Shown here piece by piece: positions 1 through 13,395 of a DNA stretch of 64,000 nucleotides. The notes under the pieces are model-generated. The model worked only from the letters and a program-made list of their open reading frames with translations, was not told where the DNA came from and did no database searches. The DNA comes from Tubulanus polymorphus. Its lineage: Eukaryota; Animalia; Nemertea. The translations under genes and the position numbers were made by a program. The stretch lies in NCBI RefSeq assembly GCF_964204645.1, contig NC_134034.1, positions 11,358,962 through 11,422,961 of the forward strand. The letters are read 5' to 3'. Numbering within the stretch: the first letter of the stretch is position 1; each line of letters opens with the position of its first letter.

Positions 1-139
1 GTAGGTGCATTTGAACTTCTTTTAAATTAATAATTACTGAAATTTATAAATAAGTTGATTATCAACTGATCACGGACACTTTTTTAATTCGAAGAATTTA
101 ATCATGCACTGCAGACATGCATAGTTAGTTGATAACTAC

Positions 140-274
140 CTTAATTTCGTCGATCAATTGCTGTTTTGACAATTTCGTATTTTTCACGACGTCGATTCCG
201 TTTTGTTTTAGAATGTCCACGCATTTCGGGTCGACTTCGTCGCTAATTAACACGTTCTTAATTAAAACAGGCAT
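140..274 (-). CDS. PHGDH: D-3-phosphoglycerate dehydrogenase, first coding exon (gene continues off the window's left edge)
   Basis: ATG at 274-272 gives MPVLIKNVLISDEVDPKCVDILKQNGIDVVKNTKLSKQQLIDEIK, matching the PHGDH N-terminus (VLISD.VD..C..IL...G..V). Ends at the phase-0 donor AAG|GTAGT at 140/139. Confidence 0.9.
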
Positions 275-831
275 CGCGTATTGAGTTTGTAGAGAGCGGG
301 TGTGAATTCTGACGACACGCGTTAACATAGGCTGTCACCGCTTGAATAGACCACGAACACCGTCGACTACTGTGTTTGTACTGACAGCGCGGTGTGGCGG
401 CGCTTTCAGCTGATTCACAAGCCCTGGCAGTCGAGGAAATTCAAATCTTTATTGGTCCGTTCCTTACATTGCGAATCAGATTTATAGGATTTCGAAGTGT
501 AGTTTTTTTTGAAATAACACAATAAAAGTGTCTGAACTTTAAAGGAGTATTTATACCAGTTGTAGTTGAAGCGGGATTCGAATCCAACTTCGAAAGTTGG
601 AGCTTACTGCGGCAGCGGACTCAAGGTCGCGTGGTCGTCAATTCAATTCAAGTTTAATTTATTTGGTACAATTTTTTCTGATTTTTTTATTATTTTGAAG
701 TGCCCGTAAAGGTTTCTGCTGTAAGAATATCCATTTTAGAAACTGACAGTGGTCCGGTTGATTAATTGACCATCAGCGCAGGCTGTCAAAAAGCAGCTGC
801 TGTCAAAAATTTGTCCGATGTGGAGTCAGTC
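275..831. promoter_or_regulatory. Bidirectional promoter region PHGDH/ICE2
   Basis: Start codons lie head-to-head ~560 bp apart. CpG-rich patches and an ATTGG (CCAAT) box near 451. Promoter function inferred from gene arrangement. Confidence 0.6.
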
Positions 832-3800
832 ATGACTGAGATGAATTCAGAAGCCGTAGTAGTAGTAGAAACAGCGGCGGCGGCTCCCGTCGCCACTCCA
901 GTGATGACTACAACAGATCAGAGGAATTTCGCCGGTAGCAACGGCGAGCAATTTATTTCGCCGGGAATCTTCGAAACTTTTTCACAAACTCGAAACTTCG
1001 CGCAACTTTTACAACTGAAAATCTGGGAATTAGAAGGCGTCTCGTCGCAAAGGTTATGCGAAGAAGAACCTACACCGCACCAGGTTAGTATATAATTAGT
1101 ATTGCTTATGAAAGAAGAGGTTGTCTTTTTTCCAACAAGGAAATCTTTTGAGAAAATATGAATGAATTGTATAGGCCCTAACATTAAAGTTAGTCAGTAA
1201 CCTGTCTGTGGTTTAGTTTCATGATCAGATATTTTCACAAACCACAACTAATGTTGGTATAAGCCCATCCGATTATAAAAAGCTTACCACCAACGATTAG
1301 GTAACTAACTACATTAAAGTGAGTCCTGTACTTGGAAATTTCAGGCGTCACATAGATTTTTTATGTCTTTCTCATAATTTCAGGAGCAACCAAATATTGA
1401 AAAGAAAGAAGTAAAGAAGTGTATGTAAGTATTATACCAGTGTGTTTACTGAGATGTAGAAAAATATAACAAAAAAGTTAAAACTTTTGTTTTTCCCTTG
1501 CCTGCATGCCCAAGTGACAATATAACCCCTCCTGATCATGATAATTACACAGATGCTTGTATTTGAAATTTGGAGGTGAACTGTAGCTTAGATCAACCAT
1601 CCATTATCCTACCAGGGATACTGGATGAACTAAGCTACAGTTCACCCCGAAACCATCTTCACCCGTCAAGGGATTTGAACCCACTACGCTAAAGCTGTTC
1701 CCCGAACCCCTTGACCTCACGAGTCGTTGGAGTCGTTACTAGCCGACCAGAATCCGGTCATACCAATCACAGCGCTTGTAACAAACCGTCAGTAGACTTC
1801 TGTTGGTTTTCCCGTTAAATTAACCAATCAGCGAACGTTTTACCGAACAAGGAAGTATTTCGCAAATCGATATATGACGTCACGCGCAACAGCGCCAGTA
1901 ATGAAATCACGCTTCGTGAGGCCAAGGGGCTGGTGGAAGCGAGTTCGGGAGTGATACCGGACCCCTGGCAAGCGAGGATGCCCCGAAACTTCAAATATGA
2001 GCCCCTGACCCATCCCTGCTCCCATTGCCCCAAATTGAAACGTAAAATGTTTTGCTATTCTAATTTGTAGGCCTCCGCAGCATCAGCACAATCCGAAGCA
2101 AAGATTTCCGTTTCCGCGACTGTCGAAGATCAGCCTCGCCGAACAGCAAGAGTACCTGCATCTATTCCAGAAATACTCGCATTTCAATCCGGTACAACCG
2201 ATGAAAAACGATCTCGCCGAAATAAAAAAACTACAGGTATCAAAATAACTAGTAGAATAGCCGGTACACTCAGACTGAAATAGTTTCATTTTTTGTTGCT
2301 TTTTATCATATTATCAAAATTAATTCAGAAACAATTTAGGCATATTCACTTTTTTCTGAGAAAATATTTTAAGTTAAAGTACCTTTTTTGGTAAACTATG
2401 GGTTAAAAAGGAAAAATCTCCCTCGTGGGTTTAGTGTTTCCAGCTGGACCCAGATCCACAGTTCACAGTTAGATTTGATTTTAGAGTTAAGATCCGTTGA
2501 TTTCGAATGTTTTAACCGATATCTAAATCTTACCGGAGAAGTGTGGAACTGAATACTGACAATACTGACAAAGAAAGAATATTGCTGTAGGGTTATCTCT
2601 ACAATTGTCCTTTTTGACACTTTTTGTTTAAATTAGTTAATGTTTTAGCCCTACAGTCACGGTCAATCTGTATTTTGAAACCCCCTCCCTTCCCCTGCCC
2701 CCAGCTTAGTGATGTTTAACTATTTTTGTAGGAACTTCAAGTAAAGATTGATGCGGAACGAGAAGATTTTCTGATATATTTAGAATACGTCGCCTACCAT
2801 TCGGTTTCCGATTACAAATACATGCATCCCGACGCCAGCAGATACATAGAGGTAAAAAATCAAACCCGAATACCTTCATAGTCAAATACCTTCATTGTCA
2901 AATGTGGAGCAGTGTGGCTTAGTGGTAGAGTGCTCGCCCCCCAATCGGGAGGTTGTGTGTTCGAACCCCGGCTGTGCTGTAGTGTCCTTAGGCAAGTCAT
3001 TAATTCACAATTGCTACTGGCTGACGACGCCTTGATCGCTCTGCAGCGTATCGGTGTTGCATCTCCCCAGGGAGAGTAAGAATGTACTGGATTGGTAACA
3101 GAAGCTGGGTAATAATTGAGTGACAGCGCTTTGAGCATTCATTGGAAAGGCGCTATATAAGCACTAATTATTATTATATTATTACCTTCCCAGTAAAATA
3201 CCTTGAGATAAAAAATCAAATACATGTACAAGCACTAATTATTATAATATTATTACCTTCCCAGTAAAATACCTTGAGATAAAAATTCAAATACATGTAC
3301 CTTCATTATCAAATACAGAGGTAAAAAATCAGATAGGCCTACATGTAACTTCACAGTCTGTTACTGAGAGTTTTACTCTTAGTCCTCTTGATTACTGACT
3401 AATTTGAGGCATTTTCAGTGAAACATTTCAACTCGTAACCAAGAGTGCTTTCCAGAATTTTCCAAAAAGTTGAATTTTACCCTTAGAATTCTTTCCCATG
3501 AATTCAGCTTAATTGAAAATCGAAGGTCTGAAAATGAAATAACCAGTACCGGTATTTTAAAACGTGAAATAAAGATGTTCTTTTCTTCTTAACGACAGGA
3601 ATTGTTAGAATTTAAAGCATCATTAGTGAATCATTATCCGCAGTTGTATAGTTACTATGAGACTATACCGCTAGGAGTGTGCAGCGCGAAGGCTGCTCCG
3701 GTCATGAGTTACCTAGGCACATTGTTAGAAATTGTGAGTATCTCAGGACACAGTTTTTACATTCAAATATTTGGTTTAATTGCTTTTATCATCTTCATGT

Positions 3801-6800
3801 TATCAATGAAAACAATTGAAACTTAACTGTTTTAAGCTTTAAACCGGCTTTAAACCACTCCCTAAATCCCCCCAGGTCTCGGGGCCCTTTTCTTTAAGAG
3901 ATAGTTAAAACCTGTACATTTGCCACTCAACCTCTCGATGATTGCAACCTTTCACATGTATTTCTTCATATCTAAAACCAAGGGTAGAACCCCATTGGAG
4001 GCCTTAAATTTGGCTGCTTTATCTGAGAAATGCCTTTTCTGTCCTACTGGGCCCAGTTTCACAAAAAAGTTTAACTCTTAAATCGATTTAATTCCTTCGT
4101 TAATTCAGTTTATCTTAAATCGTTGAGGCCTTAATCCTTATTGTGAAACTGGGCCCTGGAGCCCCGGCCTTCAATTTTTCCTAGATCAGCCCTGCACTTG
4201 GATTCTGAACTCGGGAAAAAATTTCAATTTTCTCGCTGTTATTTCTAGGGTTCGACGCGGAGAGTGAATTTACCGAATTTACGCTCGTTCACACAGCGAC
4301 CGAAAGCGATTATTAAATACAGTCAACTCGCCGGCCGATTCCCGATTAAACGAAAACCGACCGATCAGAAAAACCCCAAGTGGAACAAACCGGTAAAAAT
4401 ATCTCACGGGGAATTAGGGAACCACATGAAAAAATGTGTCGATTGCAAAGAAAATTAGTGAATTATTTGGCTTAGATAAAACCGATATCAACTAAAAAAG
4501 AACTCCACGCGAATTTGACAAATTTTACCAAAAACCTGGAAAACTTAGGGAATTCGGATAATGCTATTGACCACATGTTTCTTGATCAGTGCATGATTCA
4601 ATGAAAAATGAATTGTAACATTTTAAACCTAGGACTTTCTCTGATTCACTCAGGGGGAGCCTGTGTATTCACTGGGAGGGGCCAGTTGCTCAAAAGATGG
4701 TTAAAGATAACCGGCCGTTAAATACCATAGTAACACTGAAATTTTAATTGTCACCATATCAACTATCCACTGGTTAACTCTAACCAACTTTTGAGCAACC
4801 GGCCACAGGGGATTTGTAAATTGGCTGAAAGTGGCGCCACCTCGAATACGTTTTGCCTCGTATTTGCTTCAGGTTTGTAGCGACGATCAGAACGCGGAAC
4901 GATTGGCGATAAAATACGACGCTCAAATCGTCGTCAGTTCGAGTACGTTGAAATGTTTAGTCGATAATCACAGTTCGATGAAGGACAATCACAACTGGGA
5001 AATACCTGTCGTCGTTAAAACATACGACGTTTACAGTGAGTTCTATTTCACTCAAACCTTCGTTCCCATATTAACTAGCTCCATATGGTCAGCCGTTGTT
5101 TAAGAACCGATTAGGACACAGTTTGTTACCCTTTCAGTGGTGACTTATCAATATCCTGAAGTGCTGGAGATGATTTGAAAATTTTGAAAAATTTCACCCC
5201 CAGTGCAGTGTATAACGGGCACATCGCTACAGTGCATCTACTATTACTATGTTTGACAGGTGCTGCCATCTTAATCTATAGTTATAAACTAATTACTAAT
5301 TATACCAATACATTGCAATGCGGTGTACTAGCAAAATCCATCACTACTAAATTATACACCGCACTGCGATGTAGAGGCACTGAAACGGTCAAGTTGAGCT
5401 CATTGTTTATCTACAGTCCATAAAGTATGTGTAAGATATGATTTTGAATGTAGATTTCTTATGAACGGGATGAATTTCATCGATGTCCCCAAATCATCAA
5501 GATTAAGCATGCTCTACTGTCGCCTAAGCTATCATCGCTAATGAGGTTGTTTTTATGTTTTCGGTTCAGTTGAAGGCAAAACGGTTAAAAAGAAAGTCGT
5601 TTATCTCGATAAACCGTTCTATTACGACGAATTGACGGCGAAACGTAAAAATACGAAATTCTTCAAGAAATCCGCGAGATATTTCATGACTCAAACGACG
5701 CCGGCGTCGAAAACCGGCAACAACAAAGGCAAATCACCACCGATGAAAGCGGGCTTCAAATCATCAGTTAACCAGCAGACGACACTAATCAAGTTCGAGA
5801 AGGCAACTACATATCGTTATAAAGATTTCGATAGCGTTGAAGCTACTCCGGTGTCGAGTCCGGCGCCCGCTGCGGCGGATATCGTCAAGGTTAGAGACGA
5901 AACCGAGGCGAAGTCCGCAGCCATATTCGCTATTTCCGGTGAAGATATCGATAATCTGGAAACGTTCGGTAATATCGACGATAAAACGATCGAACTATCA
6001 AAATCTAAATATCTACATCATCGCGAAGTCGATGTTATTGGTTTGGATGAAAGGTCGGTCGGGAAGCTGGAAAATGTTGATGAAGCTGTTGATTCAAGAG
6101 ATGATGCCTGGCTCGACGAGATGAAAGAGATGGGCGCTAAGCAGACGGGCGGAGGTCGTAAGAAGATCGTTGCCGCGGTTGAGAATACGCCGTCTGCGGT
6201 CAAGGAAGGTATTCGAGTAACGAGACGTTCAATGCAGATGAAGAATGACGTCGATGAAGGGAAGAGAATTACGACGAGACAATCAAGGAAAGTTGATGAG
6301 CAGGTGGAAGAGGGCCCCGTTGCTGGAGTTGCGTCTGTGAATATTGAAGGTGGCGGTAAAAGGAAAAGAGGCCGTCCGAGGAAAAGCGATGTTTTGCTTG
6401 CTGTGAAGAAGGAAGTGCTGCAGGTAAATACTGAGGACGTTCCAGAAACAGCTGCTCATAAAAATGTGAATTTGGATGATTTAGAAGAAGCTAAGGATGA
6501 AGTGATTGAAGATTCGATTGAAAGTAAAAAGACTGGAAGTGATAAGAAAAGGCGTTTGAAAGGTCCTGCTGGAAATTCGGAAACGGAGCTCGGTGGAGCG
6601 GAGATGAAAGTTGATGGCGGTGAATGTCGAATGACTCGAGCTCGGAAATCTTTGGCTGACGAGAAAGACGTGCAGCGCACTCGTTCCGGGCGACGTCTGC
6701 CGCTGCTGCCGTCGGGGACGAGTCCGTCTGCAACGACGATGGTTAAAACACGAGGAGGAAAACGCTCGATCGAAGATGAGAATATCGTCGAAACCGACGC

Positions 6801-9800
6801 GAATAAACCGAAAATAACGAAGAAGGATATTGATGGTGATGATGAGAGTGAAGAGAAAAGACAAGAGAAAGAAGCGCATTCAGTTGAAAAGAGGGAGAAT
6901 GTCGGTGACGATGATAAGATTGAAGAGAAAAGACTAGAGGAAGAAGCGAATTCAGTTAGAAATGAGGATATTGGTGATGGTGATGATGATGAAGATGAGA
7001 GTGAAGAGAAAACACAGGAGGAAGAAGCTAATTCACTTCAAAAGGAGGAGGATTTGATCGAGCAGATAACTGGAAAGGAGCAAAAAGGAGCTGAAAGTGT
7101 TGTAGAGGAGCTTCCTGAAATTGAAGAAACACCTAATGAAATGAGTCAAGAAGCTGTAGTCGCAAATCAGGACGTGTCTGAACAAAAGTCGGTTGAAAAC
7201 AGGGAGGAACCAGCGATGAAAACTACCGAATCGGAAAACGCCTCAAAACACAATGATATTCCTTTGAAAGAGGTGAAAATTACCAAAAAGAAGGACACAA
7301 AATCGTTGATGAGTAATTTATTCGGCGATGATGATGAAAGCGAAGATGAAGTCGGGATGGAGATCGTTGCGAATGTTGACGACGCCGCAGCGATACCGCG
7401 ACGTCGGATATCCCCGAGCAGACGTAAAGTCGTAACCGCGAGCACCTCCGCGCCGTCGGAGACCATCCCCGACCCGGTCGTTAAAAAAGCGAAGAAGAAC
7501 AAGAGTAGTTTTAATATATCGGAAGCTCTCGGCGCAGTGAAACAGCCGCTGCCCGCGGGTAAACGAGAAGAGATGAAGAAGACAGAGGGATCGACGTTTG
7601 ATGATATAATGAACATGCAAACACAGTTCTTAAAGTCGAATACGCCGAAAACAAAACCTCACCAAACAGGTCGGTAGTATCTATACAGGATGGCCACTGA
7701 CCTGGAAAACTCAGGGAATCATTGAAATCTAAAAAGATTCAAGGAAACTCTGACAAATACTACCAAAAACCCGGAAGATTTGGCAAAAAACCTTTAAAAC
7801 CCAGGGGATTTGAATAATGTAGTTGACCACACGTTTCTTGTTTCCTATCAATACTTGATTGATAAAAATGAAAAGTTATAACATTTTAAATCAAGAAATT
7901 CCTCAGATTCATTCAGGTAAAACTAAATGGGTGGAAAGTGGCCAGCCTGAACATATATGAGATTGTTTCATGATTGAAATCCGTCCTGGTCTGAGTCTGA
8001 GTGAACATTCTATTGCAATATTCGTTGTAGGCAGCGGTGCTCGTAAAGAAGACCCATCACAGTTCCTCGACACCGATCAGTTCAACGTAACGTACGGATT
8101 GTGGAGTTTTGGAGAACATCGTTTAATCGTACGCTGTCAGCTTCACGGCTGCTTACACGATAGCAATAATACACTTATTGTACGTATCCCCCTATGACAT
8201 CATCGCATTGTTTAGAACACCTCCATAAATCCCCCTGTGACGTCATTAAATTGATCTATAGACACTACCCCCCCCAAAAAAGTGATCTTTAGACACTTCC
8301 AGAAAAGACGTCTGCCTCCATAAATCGCCCTATGATGTCATCAAATTGATCTATAGAAACTTCTAGAAATATGGCTACCTCCATAAATCCCCTTATGACA
8401 TCATCATTGATTCTATTTTTAGAATGTTCCAGTGTATATAATTCCTAAGATGGAATACCAGCCGATGTTCGGGATGGAAGTTTTATCAGTCGGTGACGTG
8501 GCAAGAACTTGGATGTCTTCGTTCATACGACAAAACTGTCAAATTATCAGACGTGAGTGAAACTGATGCAGATCTAGGAGTCCTTGAAGAGGGCTTGAAA
8601 TTGGAATGGGCACTTCATGTGAAAATGGCAGATTTGGAAATGCTAGGGCTACAAGGGGGAAAAGTTGGTAGGGGGTTCTGGGGTCCCTTCCACAGAAAAT
8701 TTAGGACAAAGAGGGGCCTTTTTGGATTTTCTTTGCGCAAACAATTCCAGACTCAAAATCCATTTTTGAGTTAATTCAGCTCAAGTCATGTCTATACATG
8801 TTGGAATGTTTGTATTTTCAGCTCGCGTGAATGCATTCAATCACGATATCATGACAGTTGAACAAGTCGACCCTGCTAGAATTATTCCACCTCAATCAAA
8901 TTTCAAGTACGTAGCCTGCTTTTCAGATGTCATTGTCAGGTCGATTGGGTTTGAAACTGAATTGTCCAGTTTACAGCAAACGTTCCACTATTCATGGAAT
9001 CTGTTCTATTTCAGGCCGGATAAATACATGAACGTCATTCATCATATTTTGGAATCAGTTTCCAGGTAAATCATTTAAGAAAAAACACTGAAATTGTTGT
9101 CTCAAGTGGTAATAATATTTCTGTGGTCTAAATCGAGCATTTTTCGCTCTGTTAACCGACAGTTTTAACCAGAAATAATAGAGTTGTGCAGTAACGGATT
9201 GGTACATAGTTGGTAAAAAAATTGTTCTCAATTTATTTTTCAGATTGTCCGAAGGTTATTATCTGTTGAAACACGATAAAGGTGACATCAACTGTCGTCT
9301 GCTGGCGCATTCCACGCATGAACAATCCAGGTAAATACTCACCTACCAGTGCAGGATTCGGTTTCGTGAAAATATTTGAGCTTAAAACGGTTGAGTTGGA
9401 ATCGTTGCTCGCGTTGAACAAATATTGGGAAGCAATTAAATCAAAAGTTTTAGGTTTTCCATGGAACTGGGCCCAGGCCTTGATTTTGGCGATATCCCGG
9501 AAACTCTTTTGATTTGAGCAAACAACTCCTTCAATTTTGAGAAATAGGAATGTTTGTCTTGTTTCTAGTTGTACAATAAACTATGCCTAAATCAGTACGG
9601 TTGTAGTTTTTTATCGCCCGATTAGGCGGATGCCAAATTAGAATCAGAGTTTAGGTAGTGTCAAGGATAAAAGTTTGCTTACAAACCACCAATTAATGGT
9701 TTTACCAAGATAAGCAGTAGCGATTTAGTAGGAGTCTTACAGTACCGGTAATTGGGATATGTTAGTGATGCAGACGTTTCCTTGTAAACTGCTTATATCC

Positions 9801-10669
9801 AGGAACGACCGATCTGTAGGGACCCTGAATTCTGTAGGGCTCATGTTTTACTGTTAATCGTATGACTTTTCAGGAACACGTACGATTTCCACAAGAACAT
9901 TTCGACGTCGGCGAATAAATTATCTGAGAAATACGTCGAGTGGCTCCCGATCGACGTGAACTTCGTGACGTGTTATCATCGGAAGTTTAATCGCGTTCCG
10001 GCGACGTTCGATCCAGAAGGTGCGTTACATTCAACCCTCGATTATCTGCGGAAATTCCCAATTTCAGAAATACAGTCGATTAGATAATAGATTTAGTTCC
10101 ACGGTTGTCAGTTAGCTCACTGTGAACTCAGGATCCAGTTCCACAGTTGTGAGTTACAGTTTACTGGAAACTCAAGATCCTGTTCCACAGTTGCCAGCTA
10201 GTTAGGATCCACAGTTCCACAGTTGTTAGTTAGCTAGCTCACTGTAAACTCAGGATCCAATTCCACAGTGTGAGCCAGAGTAAACATTGAGTGAATTAGA
10301 GTTCAAACTTAGTTCATTTTCAATGACTTAAGTCTCTCAACTGACACCGAAACTACTCAGGGCATTGAATTTCTGAACGTTTTTATAAAGCCCTTTTAGA
10401 TTACATGAACTATGTAATTTATGGGGTACCGGTACGGTGGTGGCAGATCTTGAGCCCTAATCCCGCTAAGAGGGGACTTCGATTAGAAATCATGAACCCA
10501 GATTATTGGCTATGGGATCCTGTAATGGAAAGTTCTGCTACATTTTGTTGCAGGTTTCACAACTCATGGGAAAAGTGGATTCCACTCTTATCAACCGCAG
10601 CAACAGCAACAAGTGGGCAAAAATAAAAAGAAGAAAAACAAAAAGAAGAACAAGAAGAAATCCAATTGA
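832..10669 (+). CDS. ICE2: Little elongation complex subunit 2 (ICE2/NARG2), 15 exons, ~1294 aa
   Basis: Exons 832-1083, 1384-1424, 2071-2236, 2732-2851, 3599-3733, 4249-4392, 4873-5035, 5570-7669, 8031-8179, 8423-8552, 8822-8906, 9015-9065, 9244-9330, 9874-10019, 10554-10669. All are GT-AG and phase-consistent (3885 nt). Motifs FPRLSKIS..EQQEYL and WEIPVVVK...KKVVYLDKP. NARG2_C-like C-terminus NVTYGLWSFG..RLIVRC, PKMEYQPMFGMEVLS, GYYLLKH, WLPID...YHRKFNRVPATF. AATAAA near 10777 and 10797. Confidence 0.88.
1575..1765 (-). mobile_element. Possible tRNA-derived SINE-like element with a terminal hairpin, in ICE2 intron 2
   Basis: Minus-strand B-box-like GGGTTCAAATCCC (1670-1682). Downstream on that strand is a perfect 17-bp inverted repeat (1575-1591 / 1630-1646). 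Confidence 0.4.
2906..3184 (+). mobile_element. tRNA-derived SINE with a CORE-like central motif
   Basis: A box TGGCTTAGTGG and B box GTTCGAACCC. GTGTCCTTAGGCAAGTCATTAA resembles the MIR/CORE motif. LINE-type tail GCGCTATATAAG followed by (ATT)n. A ~70-bp tandem duplication (3159-3299) spans the tail and flank. Confidence 0.8.
4049..4157. mobile_element. Small MITE (TIR GGGCCCAGTTTCACAA)
   Basis: Perfect 16-bp terminal inverted repeats. Related GGCC..TT(T/G)C-ended palindromic elements at ~4680-4804 and ~18229-18390. Confidence 0.7.
5126..5392. mobile_element. piggyBac-type MITE, degenerate copy in opposite orientation
   Basis: Ends CCCTTTCAGTG...GCACTGAAACGG. Internal sequence is the reverse complement of the 32579-32872 copy. 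Confidence 0.7.
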
Positions 10670-11380
10670 TCTGAGCCTGTCTGTTCCGGGGGAGTGAGGT
10701 GCGTCTGTTCACAGGGGTCTTTTTCTAGTCATATTTCAGTTTGCGATCTGCGTTTATATTTTTCTGTAAATTTCGTAATAAAACGTGATACGTTTAAATA
10801 AAGACATCTCATACATTTCATTTCTGAAGAGAGATTCAATGGTAAATTTCCCGATATCCGCGGGTTTCAAAGTTACCCCTGGGGGTAAATAGTAAATCCT
10901 CAATCCGGGCCTGGATTATTAGACTGGGAATGAAAGTTACCCAGGAATTCCACTGTCCACAGGAATCTCATTAAATATGCGCATATTTCTTTCTAATTAC
11001 CCGCACATCTATGAACTCGGCCCCTATAAAGAAGAGTGACGCATGCAAATTGACTACAAAAAAATTTATTCAAAAATGTATATCATATCCTATTTTTTGG
11101 TGAATAATAAAATATTCTACCCACCTGAAATTAATGAAGTTTTTCAACTTTTGCATAGAATCAATTATAAAATCTCATAAATGAGGGAAAAATGAGGTTG
11201 AACTAAAAATAATGCAACCTCAGTTTCTGCGATTTTTCCCCCAATAAAAAAGCACCAAGCGTAACAATAGATATCGTTTAGAGTCTACATCAGTCGAACA
11301 AACAAGGCTGGCTGCCAACCTCTGAAAAGTGTTATTAGCAACAATTCAGTAACATTTGATTGAAATATGAAAGAAAATGT

Positions 11381-13348
11381 TCAAATTAATCAGTTATGAA
11401 GGAGGGTAGACCCTCGGTAACATGTTTAATATTTCTGTTCAAATTAATCGGTAATCAACAGTAAGACCCTCAGTAACATCTTTCATATTTCTGTTCAAAT
11501 TAATCAGTAATCAACAGTAAGACTCTCAGCAACATCTTTCATATTTCTGTTCAAATTAATCAGTAATCAACAGTAAGACCCTAAGTAACATCTTTCATAT
11601 TTCTGTTCAAATTAATCAGTTATGAAGGAGGGTAGACCCTCGGTAACATCTTTCATATTTCTGTTCAAATTAATCAGTAATCAACAGTAAGATTCTCAGT
11701 AACATCTTTCATATTTCTATTCAAATTAATCAGTAATCAACAGTAAGACCCTCAGTAACATCTTTCATATTTCTGTTCAAATTAATCAGTAATCAACAGT
11801 AAGACTCTCAGCAACATCTTTCATATTTCTGTTCAAATTAATCAGTAATCAACAGTAAGACCCTCTGTAACATCTTTCATATTTCTGTTCAAATTAATCA
11901 GTTATGAAGGAGGGTAGACCTTCAGTAACATCTTTCATATTTCTGTTCAAATTAATCAGTAATCAACAGTAAGACCCTCAGTAACATCTTTCATATTTCT
12001 GTTCAAATTAATCAGTAATCAACAGTAAGACCCTCGGTAACATCTTTCATATTTCTGTTCAAATTAATCAGTTATGAAGGAGGGTAGACCCTCGGTAACA
12101 TCTTTCATATTTCTGTTCAAATTAATCAGTAATCAACAATAAGACCCTAAGTAACATCTTTCATATTTCTGTTCAAATTAATCAGTTATGAAGGAGGGTA
12201 GACCCTCGGTAACATCTTTCATATTTCTGTTCAAATTAATCAGTAATCAACAGTAAGATTCTCAGTAACATCTTTCATATTTCTATTCAAATTAATCAGT
12301 AATCAACAGTAAGACCCTCAGTAACATCTTTCATATTTCTGTTCAAATTAATCAGTAATCAACAATAAGACCCTAAGTAACATCTTTCATATTTCTGTTC
12401 AAATTAATCAGTTATGAAGGAGGGTAGACCCTCGGTAACATCTTTCATATTTCTGTTCAAATTAATCAGTAATCAACAATAAGACCCTAAGTAACATCTT
12501 TCATATTTCTGTTCAAATTAATCAGTTATGAAGGAGGGTAGACCCTCGGTAACATCTTTCATATTTCTGTTCAAATTAATCAGTAATCAACAGTAAGACC
12601 CTCGGTAACATCTTTCATATTTCTGTTCAAATTAATCAGTAATCAACAATAAGACCCTAAGTAACATCTTTCATATTTCTGTTCAAATTAATCAGTTATG
12701 AAGGAGGGTAGACCCTCGGTAACATCTTTCATATTTCTGTTCAAATTAATCAGTAATCAACAGTAAGACCCTAAGTAACATCTTTCATATTTCTGTTCAA
12801 ATTAATCAGTTATGAAGGAGGGTAGACCCTCGGTAACATCTTTCATATTTCTGTTCAAATTAATCAGTAATCAACAATAAGACCCTAAGTAACATCTTTC
12901 ATATTTCTGTTCAAATTAATCAGTTATGAAGGAGGGTAGACCCTCGGTAACATCTTTCATATTTCTGTTCAAATTAATCAGTAATCAACAGTAAGATTCT
13001 CAGTAACATCTTTCATATTTCTATTCAAATTATTCAGTAATCAACAGTAAGACCCTCAGTAACATCTTTCATATTTCTGTTCAAATTAATCAGTAATCAA
13101 CAATAAGACCCTAAGTAACATCTTTCATATTTCTGTTCAAATTAATCAGTTATGAAGGAGGGTAGACCCTCGGTAACATCTTTCATATTTCTGTTCAAAT
13201 TAATCAGTAATCAACAGTAAGACTCTCAGCAACATCTTTCATATTTCTGTTCAAATTAATCAGTAATCCTCAGTAAGACCCTCAGTAACGTCCTTTATAT
13301 TTCAGTTCAAATTAATCAGTAATCAACAGTAAGACCCTCAGTAACATC
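11381..13348. repeat. Minisatellite of ~35 units in two interspersed types (56 bp and 58 bp)
   Basis: Shared core gtaacatctttcatatttctgttcaaattaatcagt. Alternative segments aatcaacagtaagaccctca (56-bp unit) or tatgaaggagggtagaccctcg (58-bp unit). Bracketed by inverted GCTGCCAAC (11311-11319) / GTTGGCAGC (13376-13384). Confidence 0.95.
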
Positions 13349-13395
13349 AGTAGCAAATACTGAAAATCAGGAACAGTTGGCAGCTCTAAGTTCAG

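Noticed and set aside
568-630. tRNA-like GGATTCGAATCC and adjacent hairpin in the PHGDH/ICE2 promoter
   Set aside because: I could not build a cloverleaf or find an A box. At most a SINE relic or chance palindromes.
2906-2980. tRNA gene
   Set aside because: The A/B boxes continue into a CORE-like body and LINE-type tail, with no good acceptor stem. It is a SINE head.
11381-13348. CRISPR-like appearance (constant core alternating with variable segments)
   Set aside because: The variable parts are only two recurrent types rather than unique spacers. The context is eukaryotic and there are no cas genes.
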